This document shows positions 1 to 6,589 of a stretch of DNA of 37,034 nucleotides, one piece after another. Source of the stretch: a virus (lineage: Duplodnaviria > Caudoviricetes); IMG/VR virus record IMGVR_UViG_3300044670_000659, positions 1-37,034 of that record. One strand, 5' to 3'. Both the position numbers and the translations under genes were made by a program. Position 1 is the stretch's first letter, and every line of letters begins with the position of its first letter. The notes below the pieces were generated by a model. It was not told the origin of the DNA. It worked only from the letters and a program-made list of their open reading frames with translations, and did not search any database.

Positions 1-131
1 GCTATATTACAGAAAACTTATGTATATCAAATATGGTTTTTCTGAAAAATTTTAGGGAGGGGCCTTTTATGTATGTATGCGACCGGGCCATTTTTTTCTC
101 CCCCCATGCCGCGATCCCGAGCCGGGCCAGA

Positions 132-265
132 TTAGAATGATTCCAATGTGCAATCGCTGGAGGCAAAAGAACAAAACGTGAACATAGGCTGGGAGAACAA
201 AACGTGAACATAGGCTGGGAGAACAAAACGTGAACGCTTTTAGAATGATTCCAATGTGCAATCGC
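132..265 (+). repeat. 26-bp direct repeat TTAGAATGATTCCAATGTGCAATCGC x2 (132-157, 240-265) containing an Irr/ICE-like box
   Basis: Exact duplicate read from the sequence. 239-255 TTTAGAATGATTCCAAT matches the ICE consensus TTTRGAAYNRTTCYAAA at 16/17 positions. Confidence 0.85.
168..235 (+). repeat. Tandem 26-bp repeat AGAACAAAACGTGAACATAGGCTGGG x2.6, each unit carrying an alphaproteobacterial LexA (SOS) box
   Basis: Units at 168-193, 194-219 and partial 220-235. GAAC-AAAACGT-GAAC (GAAC-N7-GAAC) at 169-183, 195-209, 221-235. Confidence 0.85.
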
Positions 266-284
266 ATTGAGAATAGTTCGCAAC
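266..284. promoter_or_regulatory. Fur-family-like box
   Basis: ATTGAGAATAGTTCGCAAC: imperfect TTGAGAA-N3-TTCGCAA inverted repeat resembling Fur/Mur boxes; directly abuts the second ICE repeat. Confidence 0.4.
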
Positions 285-289
285 TAGTA

Positions 290-365
290 GGGTGCGACAC
301 TATGTCACATGTACACGGCAGATGATTTATGGCAGGGCGGGGTGCGACACTATGTCACATGTACA
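290..365 (+). repeat. 26-bp direct repeat GGGTGCGACACTATGTCACATGTACA x2 (290-315, 340-365) containing a RegA/RegR/PrrA-like box
   Basis: Exact duplicate. Core TGCGACA-CTA-TGTCACA; the reverse complement of its inner 15 bp, GTGACATAGTGTCGC, differs at one position from the RegR-box consensus GNGRCRTTNNGNCGC. Confidence 0.8.
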
Positions 366-393
366 TTCCCGGCCATATGTGATATGCGCGGCC

Positions 394-430
394 ATGCACT
401 AACCGCATAGCAGCCATGCAAACAATGCAC
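394..430. promoter_or_regulatory. Tandem LysR-type (T-N11-A) sites
   Basis: ATGC-N7-GCAT at 394-408 and ATGC-N7-GCAC at 416-430, 22 bp apart, the usual paired LTTR site geometry. Confidence 0.4.
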
Positions 431-517
431 TACTAATCCGCATTCAATGAGCATAAATTAATAATCACAAGGCGCGGCAATCCCGTCGGGCATTTAGAAG
501 CTAAATAGAGGTACATC

Positions 518-970
518 ATGACAACCACGACATACACACTCGAAGACGTTATTTCCGCAAACGTTGAAGACAGCAACGCGCGGGAATTGGCTGGATATCA
601 GCGCGAAAGCGCGGCGGCTGTAACACTCGCATTCATGCAACAAGCCGAAGCCGAAGGAAAAACGCCACATGAAGTTACGCTAGAGGCGGTGCGCAAATAC
701 GGCTGGAAATGCGGCGCAATTACAGACCCGATCACGGGTGCAAAAACTTCATATCCTGAAGGCATTGATATGCCAGTAAGCGTGAAACAGCGGTTCTCAA
801 CGTGCCGTAAAGCGTATGAACGCGGCGTAAAGTTTTCCGAGATTGAAACCTTCGGCGAATTGACGCCCAAAAAGGCGGACGACCCGACAATCAAGCTCCT
901 GACAAAGCATATCAAAGATATGACACCCGAGGCACGGGAAGAGTTGGCCAAGGCTTGGGGCCTTATTTAG
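518..970 (+). CDS. Hypothetical early protein (first gene of the + arm)
   Basis: 150-aa ORF with GAGGT RBS at 508-512. The stop codon TAG lies inside the 966-978 palindrome. Confidence 0.8.
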   Translation: MTTTTYTLEDVISANVEDSNARELAGYQRESAAAVTLAFMQQAEAEGKTPHEVTLEAVRKYGWKCGAITDPITGAKTSYPEGIDMPVSVKQRFSTCRKAYERGVKFSEIETFGELTPKKADDPTIKLLTKHIKDMTPEAREELAKAWGLI

Positions 971-978
971 AATCTAAA

Positions 979-1008
979 GCCGGGGATTAGCGCCAAATAG
1001 TCCCCGGC
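979..1008 (+). other. GC-rich stem-loop (11-bp stem, 8-nt loop) with no U-tract
   Basis: GCCGGGGATTA 979-989 pairs with TAGTCCCCGGC 998-1008 (one G-U pair). Confidence 0.6.
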
Positions 1009-1039
1009 ACATACCCCTGATTTATTGGAGTTTCTCAAC

Positions 1040-1285
1040 ATGCATCTCGAAATGCGCCATGATGGCCGGATTCTGCTTAAAAAACAGCTGGTCGCAACGC
1101 TATCGCCTGACAATGTATTGACGACAATTCGCGGCGATTCCGTGCAATGCAGCGGTATAACCGATGCCATGCGACAACTTGCCACATATCCCGTCGCGTC
1201 GTGGCTTGTCCCAGCGTCCCGATCATCAGCCCGTTGGCGCGTTGAGCGGCCCATCCATGCCCATAAATCGTGGTGCGATTGCTGA
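1040..1285 (+). CDS. Hypothetical protein
   Basis: GGAG at 1027-1030 then ATG 1040 (MHLEMRHDG...). Fills the gap between two palindromes. Confidence 0.6.
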   Translation: MHLEMRHDGRILLKKQLVATLSPDNVLTTIRGDSVQCSGITDAMRQLATYPVASWLVPASRSSARWRVERPIHAHKSWCDC

Positions 1286-1400
1286 CAATTTAGACTCTAA
1301 ACGAAAACGGATTCAATCATGCGGCTACCATCGTGGCCGTATGCTTGAGTGCGTCCCAAACCTAACCAAACTTTTAGACTCTAAACCAACGAGGTATGAC

Positions 1401-2213
1401 ATGATCCGCAGAAATAAAGCACCACTCCCCGGAATGACCGAGGCCGCAACTATCTGGCGCATTGATCCAGACAGTCCGCTCTATCACAAGCTACGTGTCG
1501 GTTCGGAAAACGAGCTTGGCAACCGACAGCCAGTAGCTAACAACGTCGCTGCTATTCAGAAATCATATGGCACGTTCTTTGGTCTCAAGTACAAGCCAAT
1601 CCTTTTAGACTCTAAATTGAACGTCATCGACGGACAGAACAGGTACGAGGCATGTCGCACAAATGACACGCCGCTGCCGCTCTACGTCCAGTTTCTTAAC
1701 GATGATATCGACCCGAAGGAACTGATGATCCTGTTCAACACAGGTCCAGTCTACAAGTGGAAGCTACAGGACTACATCAATTTTCACGCACAATTCGACA
1801 ATATGTATCTCAACTTCAAGGAATGTATGGCTGAGTATGCCGAGATCAAACCGACTGTCATGGTCAGTATCTTTCTAGGATCAACAGATCGTGAACGCAG
1901 CGAACGAATGTCCGGGTTTAAGGAAGGCAACCTGAAACAACTGATGGAACAACGGGGCATGACCTTGGCCCGTGTCTATCACGTACTGTCACAGGTCTAT
2001 CGTCTGCGCGGTGCACCTACCAATCCGATACTAACCAAGAAAACATTCTCGCTCGGTGCCTTCCAGTTTGCAGCACTACGTATCATCGACGATCCAGAGT
2101 TCGACTTCGATGCGTTCCTTGAGCGTGTCCGGGATGTGTCGCACATGCTGAACAGGTTCACCGATGCGGATGAACTGACACAGGAACTCTACGACATCGC
2201 CTATCGCAGGTAG
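1401..2213 (+). CDS. ParB/Srx-like N-terminal domain protein
   Basis: PILLD...VIDGQNRYEAC resembles the ParB-type PIxV...IIDGxHR motif. Start reassigned from 1164 to ATG 1401, which follows GAGGT at 1391-1395. Confidence 0.7.
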   Translation: MIRRNKAPLPGMTEAATIWRIDPDSPLYHKLRVGSENELGNRQPVANNVAAIQKSYGTFFGLKYKPILLDSKLNVIDGQNRYEACRTNDTPLPLYVQFLNDDIDPKELMILFNTGPVYKWKLQDYINFHAQFDNMYLNFKECMAEYAEIKPTVMVSIFLGSTDRERSERMSGFKEGNLKQLMEQRGMTLARVYHVLSQVYRLRGAPTNPILTKKTFSLGAFQFAALRIIDDPEFDFDAFLERVRDVSHMLNRFTDADELTQELYDIAYRR

Positions 2214-2291
2214 CTATGAGTCTGGTGCATACCAGCCAAGCAGAAATAGCAATCGACAGGTCAAACACTATCAAATAGAATGGTCAGTAAT

Positions 2292-2384
2292 ATGGAAATG
2301 GAAACCATACCAGCAGTCCTGATGATCGTCGGCAACACTGTCGGCTTCCTTATCGGAATGTGGATCATCCTCAGAAGTAAATAA
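2292..2384 (+). CDS. Small membrane protein (30 aa)
   Basis: MEMETIPAVLMIVGNTVGFLIGMWIILRSK: one hydrophobic span. The stop is immediately followed by the palindrome at 2385. Confidence 0.45.
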   Translation: MEMETIPAVLMIVGNTVGFLIGMWIILRSK

Positions 2385-2408
2385 TTTAGACTCTAAACGG
2401 AGGTAATC

Positions 2409-2555
2409 ATGAAAACCAACGCATCCGAACGACGTTTTCTGGAGTTTCAGAAACGTGCCAACCCAGACGTCCCGGAAAAACTATGGGACAGATACTGCAT
2501 CTACGTGTCGTGCGTAGATGACCCCGACACCTTTGCAGAATGGGTATCACGATGA
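2409..2555 (+). CDS. Hypothetical protein (48 aa)
   Basis: GGAGGT RBS at 2399-2404; MKTNASERRFLEFQKRANPD...; ATGA overlap with the next gene. Confidence 0.7.
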   Translation: MKTNASERRFLEFQKRANPDVPEKLWDRYCIYVSCVDDPDTFAEWVSR

Positions 2556-2812
2556 AAACACCACAGGTAAAACCCGACTGGGCAACAGGCATCTACATCG
2601 GCAACGGTGTAGTGGCAGAAGATATACGAACCAAGGTGGCTCGAATGACCGACGAAGAACTTACCAACGCCATGAACGATGTCCGGGAAACCATGCGACA
2701 TCACGTATTCGGCTCACCGTATCACAACAAATTGATGCGCGAGTACGACGAAATTCTGGAACAGATGAGCCAGAATTGTCTACGTGAATACGCCAAACGC
2801 CACGGAATTTAG
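2552..2812 (+). CDS. Hypothetical protein
   Basis: ATGA-coupled start (MKTPQVKPDW...). The stop TAG lies inside the 2808-2820 palindrome. Confidence 0.7.
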   Translation: MKTPQVKPDWATGIYIGNGVVAEDIRTKVARMTDEELTNAMNDVRETMRHHVFGSPYHNKLMREYDEILEQMSQNCLREYAKRHGI

Positions 2813-2831
2813 ACTCTAAACGGAGGTTACT

Positions 2832-3503
2832 ATGAAGAACGTATCGCCCACACACCCCGCCCTTGTCGAGGGCCGTGCCATCTATCAGAAGAACGTGTAC
2901 GACCCGGCAGACTATCCATTCGACATCATCAAACGATCCACCAATAAAAAGCTAGGCAAGAAGGTTACCAAGGGACGACATGCCGGACTGCCCATCTATA
3001 CCCTGACGCTGGAGGAACGGAAGACATGCACCGGAGACTGCGAACACTGGGACGATTGTTACGGGAACAACATGCCATTCGCCCACCGTTTCATGCACGG
3101 ACAGGCACTCGAAGACAGGATCAGGGAAGACCTTGACCGTCTCGACAGTAAACACAGGAGAGGATACCTTATCCGACTGCACATCCTTGGTGACTTCTAC
3201 AGTCCTGAGTACGTAGCCTTCTGGGCGGAACAGCTATCGACCCGACCGCGCCTGAGCATCTACGGGTACACCCGACACCATCCCGGCACACCCATCGGTG
3301 ACGCCGTGGCGGCTCTGGTATCAGACAGATTTGCCGTGCGGTTCTCGATGCTGCCCGACCATCCCTTCTCTGCTAATGGTGAGGACTATGCTGACCCGGA
3401 GACATCCATCACCTGCCCTGTCCAGACAGACAAGACAGATTCGTGCTCGACGTGCGGACTATGCTGGACGGTAAACAAACCAATCACATTCATCACACAC
3501 TGA
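2832..3503 (+). CDS. Gp88-like / radical-SAM-like Cys-rich protein
   Basis: Cx3Cx5C (CTGDCEHWDDCY), RLHILGDF motif, C-terminal CP...CSTCGLCW; GGAGGT RBS. Confidence 0.6.
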   Translation: MKNVSPTHPALVEGRAIYQKNVYDPADYPFDIIKRSTNKKLGKKVTKGRHAGLPIYTLTLEERKTCTGDCEHWDDCYGNNMPFAHRFMHGQALEDRIREDLDRLDSKHRRGYLIRLHILGDFYSPEYVAFWAEQLSTRPRLSIYGYTRHHPGTPIGDAVAALVSDRFAVRFSMLPDHPFSANGEDYADPETSITCPVQTDKTDSCSTCGLCWTVNKPITFITH

Positions 3504-3534
3504 GGCCCGAGAGGGCAAGACAGGAGAGACTACT

Positions 3535-3825
3535 ATGGGTTCTGAATCATTTGTTCACCAAGTCAAAGGTAAAAATGCACAAGAAGCATTTAACAACGCT
3601 CGTGAAGAGGCTGCATACGATCATGGTCACTCCGGTTATACCGGAACCATTGCAGAAAAGCACGGGTTTATAATTATTCCTAGACCAGACAACGGCCTTA
3701 ATGCAACCGCCGCCGCATGGGAAATGATAGATACTAATCCTAGTATTTCTGATAAATGGGGACCAGCCGGTTGCTTTGAGATCGGAGACGAAGACTTCTT
3801 ATTCTTTGGATTGGCAAGTTCATAA
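3535..3825 (+). CDS. Hypothetical phage protein
   Basis: 96-aa ORF with AGGAG upstream, in co-oriented gene run. Confidence 0.75.
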   Translation: MGSESFVHQVKGKNAQEAFNNAREEAAYDHGHSGYTGTIAEKHGFIIIPRPDNGLNATAAAWEMIDTNPSISDKWGPAGCFEIGDEDFLFFGLASS

Positions 3826-3851
3826 CAACAGATACAAAAGAGGAAAAGACA

Positions 3852-4115
3852 ATGCCACGCACACCATTCGGAAAGACACGCGAAGTCGAGAAGCCCTACG
3901 CAATCTATCGTCACGGAGATTGGGAATGGCGCGTCCTGAAGACGTACCAGCATCCCGACAAGGAGAAGACCAATCAGTATGCTCGATGGTTCGTAGCCGC
4001 CAAGTCACCCATGACATACGGCAGCTGGGAATACGGTGACACCTACGCATCAGAGATCAAGCAGTACGGACACCTGTCACTGGCCGACGAAGGATGGCTG
4101 GAGCATTACGGATGA
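3852..4115 (+). CDS. Hypothetical phage protein
   Basis: 87-aa ORF with GAGG RBS; Trp/Tyr-rich (WEWRVLKTYQ...ARWF...WEYGDTY). Confidence 0.75.
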   Translation: MPRTPFGKTREVEKPYAIYRHGDWEWRVLKTYQHPDKEKTNQYARWFVAAKSPMTYGSWEYGDTYASEIKQYGHLSLADEGWLEHYG

Positions 4116-4189
4116 TCTGGATAATCATGGGCATGGTGGTAATCATCACCTATCTGGCACTGGATCAACTGTTCAACATCTGGAGGTAA
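4112..4189 (+). CDS. Small membrane protein (25 aa)
   Basis: MIWIIMGMVVIITYLALDQLFNIWR; ATGA overlap upstream; its 3' end carries the GGAGGT RBS for the next gene. Confidence 0.5.
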   Translation: MIWIIMGMVVIITYLALDQLFNIWR

Positions 4190-4191
4190 TC

Positions 4192-4350
4192 ATGCCGGGA
4201 ATAAAGACAGACAAGAAACGAGCGACAAGGAGAAAGCCGAGGCGTAACCATTACGCGAAACTTTTAGAGTCTAAACAGAACAGGCCACAGGTGGTGACAC
4301 CCAAGCCACACCGTAAACCTAAACACAAACAAGAGGTATCAGATGAGTAA
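4192..4350 (+). CDS. Small basic protein
   Basis: MPGIKTDKKRATRRKPRRNHYAK...; GGAGGT at 4182-4187; contains the 4263-4275 palindrome. Confidence 0.65.
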   Translation: MPGIKTDKKRATRRKPRRNHYAKLLESKQNRPQVVTPKPHRKPKHKQEVSDE

Positions 4351-4621
4351 CAAGTATTTCTGGACCATCGACAAAGATCATATCGAAGGCACCGCAGACG
4401 GCCTGTCGTGCGGGTCAGGCGACAGACCTGAAAGGTCCCCCGACACAACTACCCCCGGAGAACAGTTCCGCATGTTCGACGACGACGGGGAACTGTACTA
4501 CTCCGGGTCCATCTGGGGTGACTACGACGGCTTCGAACCGCTCGACGATTTCGGTATGCCATCCGCCGGATGTACCGGTATTCAATACCAGAACGACAAA
4601 GGAGAATGGGAATGGCTGTGA
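4343..4621 (+). CDS. Acidic hypothetical phage protein
   Basis: 92-aa ORF with GAGGT RBS; FRMFDDDGELYYSG...FEPLDDFG. Confidence 0.75.
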   Translation: MSNKYFWTIDKDHIEGTADGLSCGSGDRPERSPDTTTPGEQFRMFDDDGELYYSGSIWGDYDGFEPLDDFGMPSAGCTGIQYQNDKGEWEWL

Positions 4622-4803
4622 AGACCCCGCAAAACTACGAAGATCGCTACGCCCACGCAACACACCGCGTCATGGAGTTGATGGCGCAGGGAAATACACC
4701 TGCCCATGCAGCCTACACGGCAGCGATGGATCACGGCCTAGGCCTTAACCAATACGGACGACTACTCCGTGAAACCAGAGAACGATATGAGGAGACAAAC
4801 TGA
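4618..4803 (+). CDS. Hypothetical protein
   Basis: GTGA overlap upstream and TGATG overlap downstream; start uncertain. Confidence 0.6.
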   Translation: MKTPQNYEDRYAHATHRVMELMAQGNTPAHAAYTAAMDHGLGLNQYGRLLRETRERYEETN

Positions 4804-5378
4804 TGTCGAATTTACCTAAGCACAAAGCTATCGTTGATTACTGGCAGACTCGTGTGTACGAGCAGGACCTTGGCACGGACTGGGACGAGGCCGAACATAG
4901 GTGTTGGCGCTGTGGGGTGAGACGATCCGGGAAAAAATCTAAATTAGAAAGATGTCACATCATCCCGGCATCTTTAGGCGGACCAGACACTGTTGAGAAT
5001 CTAGTTCTTCTCTGTACGCACTGCCATAAAGAAGCTCCAAACATAAATTCTAAAACCGTTATGTGGGACTGGATTAAAGCAACAAAAACAGAATTGTACG
5101 ACACGTTCTGGACACTACGAGCATTCGATGAAGTAGAAAAATTGTACGGCGTAAGCATGGAACAATTAGCAGAACAAACACTACAGCAGAAAGGACTTGG
5201 ACCTAGTCGGGGGACCAGTAAGTTCATGCGAGAACTGAAAGAAGTTTATGAAAATATTAGTGTCCATTTTGGAGAAGGTAAATACAACGCATCAACAGGT
5301 GCAGCAGCAATATATCAAGCATTCCAAAATATAAATGGCGAGGATGAAAACAATTATACTCAGGAGAAAAGAAAATGA
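4803..5378 (+). CDS. HNH endonuclease
   Basis: CWRC...CHIIPASLGG...NLVLLCTHCH, a classic Zn-binding HNH motif; GGAG RBS. Confidence 0.85.
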   Translation: MSNLPKHKAIVDYWQTRVYEQDLGTDWDEAEHRCWRCGVRRSGKKSKLERCHIIPASLGGPDTVENLVLLCTHCHKEAPNINSKTVMWDWIKATKTELYDTFWTLRAFDEVEKLYGVSMEQLAEQTLQQKGLGPSRGTSKFMRELKEVYENISVHFGEGKYNASTGAAAIYQAFQNINGEDENNYTQEKRK

Positions 5379-5599
5379 ATTGGGATTGGCACTGGATTAG
5401 TTGGTTTAGAGGAACTCCATTTCAATGGGGCGAATTTAAATTAAATAGTGGAAATCCTTATAAAAGTTATAGATTTGGACCATTACTTATTCGTGTGTTT
5501 CTGAGGGGGTCGAACGTGGTGAGGAGGCCGGAGGCACAGTCATCTACTGAGGCCCCGGAGGCGACGAAGTCGCAGGGGCATGTTGGTGGTGATGCCTGA
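5375..5599 (+). CDS. Hypothetical protein
   Basis: ATGA overlap with the HNH gene; aromatic-rich N-terminus. Confidence 0.55.
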   Translation: MNWDWHWISWFRGTPFQWGEFKLNSGNPYKSYRFGPLLIRVFLRGSNVVRRPEAQSSTEAPEATKSQGHVGGDA

Positions 5600-5864
5600 A
5601 CAGGACAGCCTCTATCACAAAGTGATTGACGATCTGTACGAGCAGGTCGTTGATCACGACCGACCACGTGGATCACAGTTCGACTACTGCGAGGACATAA
5701 CGGAGAAGTACATCGACAAGATGTCCGACATCGAAATGCAATACTGGTACGACACATACATCGCCCCCTTGCGGGGCCTTCACAAAGAGACACAGCACAA
5801 TGAAAGAAGAAAACGTCCGCTCCGAGATGGTTCAACTTGCCCAACGAATACGAGATGCAGGTGA
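5592..5864 (+). CDS. Acidic hypothetical protein
   Basis: MPEQDSLYHKVIDDLYEQ...; the 3' end overlaps the next ORF by about 65 bp, so it is uncertain. Confidence 0.5.
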   Translation: MPEQDSLYHKVIDDLYEQVVDHDRPRGSQFDYCEDITEKYIDKMSDIEMQYWYDTYIAPLRGLHKETQHNERRKRPLRDGSTCPTNTRCR

Positions 5865-6057
5865 CGAACTCCACGACCTAGCAGTAGAACTGGCCGACAA
5901 CATAGCCCGGACAGACCCGGACGATACCTATCTGGATTTCATCATGGCCGAACTGGAGAAGTCAGACGACAGCACAGACGTGGCTGCACACCTCGTAGCA
6001 TCTGGTGTCAGGGCCATCCTGATGTTCGATGCCGTCGACACCACGGTGGTGAACTGA
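5800..6057 (+). CDS. Acidic hypothetical protein
   Basis: 85-aa helical, acidic ORF lying between the two 28-bp repeats. Confidence 0.7.
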   Translation: MKEENVRSEMVQLAQRIRDAGDELHDLAVELADNIARTDPDDTYLDFIMAELEKSDDSTDVAAHLVASGVRAILMFDAVDTTVVN

Positions 6058-6060
6058 GGC

Positions 6061-6077
6061 TGCGACAACCTGTCACA
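6061..6077. promoter_or_regulatory. RegA/RegR-like box (TGCGACA-N3-TGTCACA)
   Basis: TGCGACAACCTGTCACA, intergenic, with the same arms as the leader copies. Confidence 0.5.
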
Positions 6078-6155
6078 GAGACATCAATTCAATGATCATT
6101 TAGACTCTAAACATCGCCCCCTTGCGGGGCCTTCACAACAGGAAGGGCAAAGACA

Positions 6156-6320
6156 ATGGAAGTATCAGTGCATCGAGTAACCGACATAAAGTTGAAGCGT
6201 ACTCAGTACGACAGCTTCAACACCGTAACCGTCACAGTCACCGACAAGCACGGTGATGAGACAGAATTTACATTGTTCAGTAACGAAGACAGTCACATCG
6301 AAATTGGAGAAGACAAGTGA
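6156..6320 (+). CDS. Hypothetical protein (54 aa)
   Basis: MEVSVHRVTDIKLKRTQYDSFNTVTVTVTD...; GTGA overlap with the next gene; below the ORF-track cutoff. Confidence 0.65.
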   Translation: MEVSVHRVTDIKLKRTQYDSFNTVTVTVTDKHGDETEFTLFSNEDSHIEIGEDK

Positions 6321-6589
6321 GCCGCTACAACCTGACACAACGAGTACCAGTAGACTACGTCACCATCAAGACAGCATCACAAATTACAGGGATGACAGCC
6401 AATGCAATCAGAGTTGCCGGATACGCCGGAAAGATCGACATGGTCCGAGCCGGAGCAGGAGGATGGCCCTCAGACCGACGACACCACAACGAGGTCTCAC
6501 TCCAATCGCTCTGGGATTACATCACAAACCGTGATCCCCGAGGCCGTCCGGGACTACGTGACATCCGTAGCAGGGGAGTCAGTAAGTAA
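6317..6589 (+). CDS. Helix-turn-helix DNA-binding protein (excisionase/MerR-like)
   Basis: YVTIKTASQITGMTANAIRVAGYAGKI fits an HTH_17-type pattern. Confidence 0.55.
   Translation: MSRYNLTQRVPVDYVTIKTASQITGMTANAIRVAGYAGKIDMVRAGAGGWPSDRRHHNEVSLQSLWDYITNRDPRGRPGLRDIRSRGVSK

Larger units (their letters stand above)
493..6111. repeat. Dispersed 13-bp palindrome TTTAGA-N-TCTAAA (putative operator / protein-binding site)
   Basis: Perfect copies at 966-978, 1289-1301, 1373-1385, 1604-1616, 2385-2397, 2808-2820, 4263-4275, 6099-6111. One-mismatch copies at 493-505 and 10349-10361. Confidence 0.9.
5758..6138 (+). repeat. 28-bp direct repeat ACATCGCCCCCTTGCGGGGCCTTCACAA x2 (5758-5785, 6111-6138) with a GCCCC/GGGGC hairpin
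   Basis: Exact duplicate; each copy ends 14-17 nt before a start codon (5800, 6156). Confidence 0.85.

Noticed and set aside
2-300. Minus-strand ORFs 2-283 and 67-300
   Set aside because: They are translations of the repeat array (repeated peptides) with no recognisable domain.
330-345. Sigma54 -24/-12 promoter (TGGCAG...TGC)
   Set aside because: GG-to-GC spacing is one base too long and the TTGC element is absent.
132-365. Leader repeats as a mini-CRISPR array
   Set aside because: Three different repeat sequences with at most 2-3 copies each, one set tandem without spacers, irregular spacing, and no cas operon. The Cas4-like gene is a normal phage replication exonuclease.
426-442. NtrC-like site TGC-N11-GCA
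   Set aside because: Only one half-site resembles TGCAC(C/T)A; too degenerate to call.
1164-1400. N-terminal extension of the 349-aa ORF with repeated LDSK peptides
   Set aside because: LDSK is simply the palindrome read in frame; the extension overlaps ORF 1040-1285 and a good RBS precedes ATG 1401.
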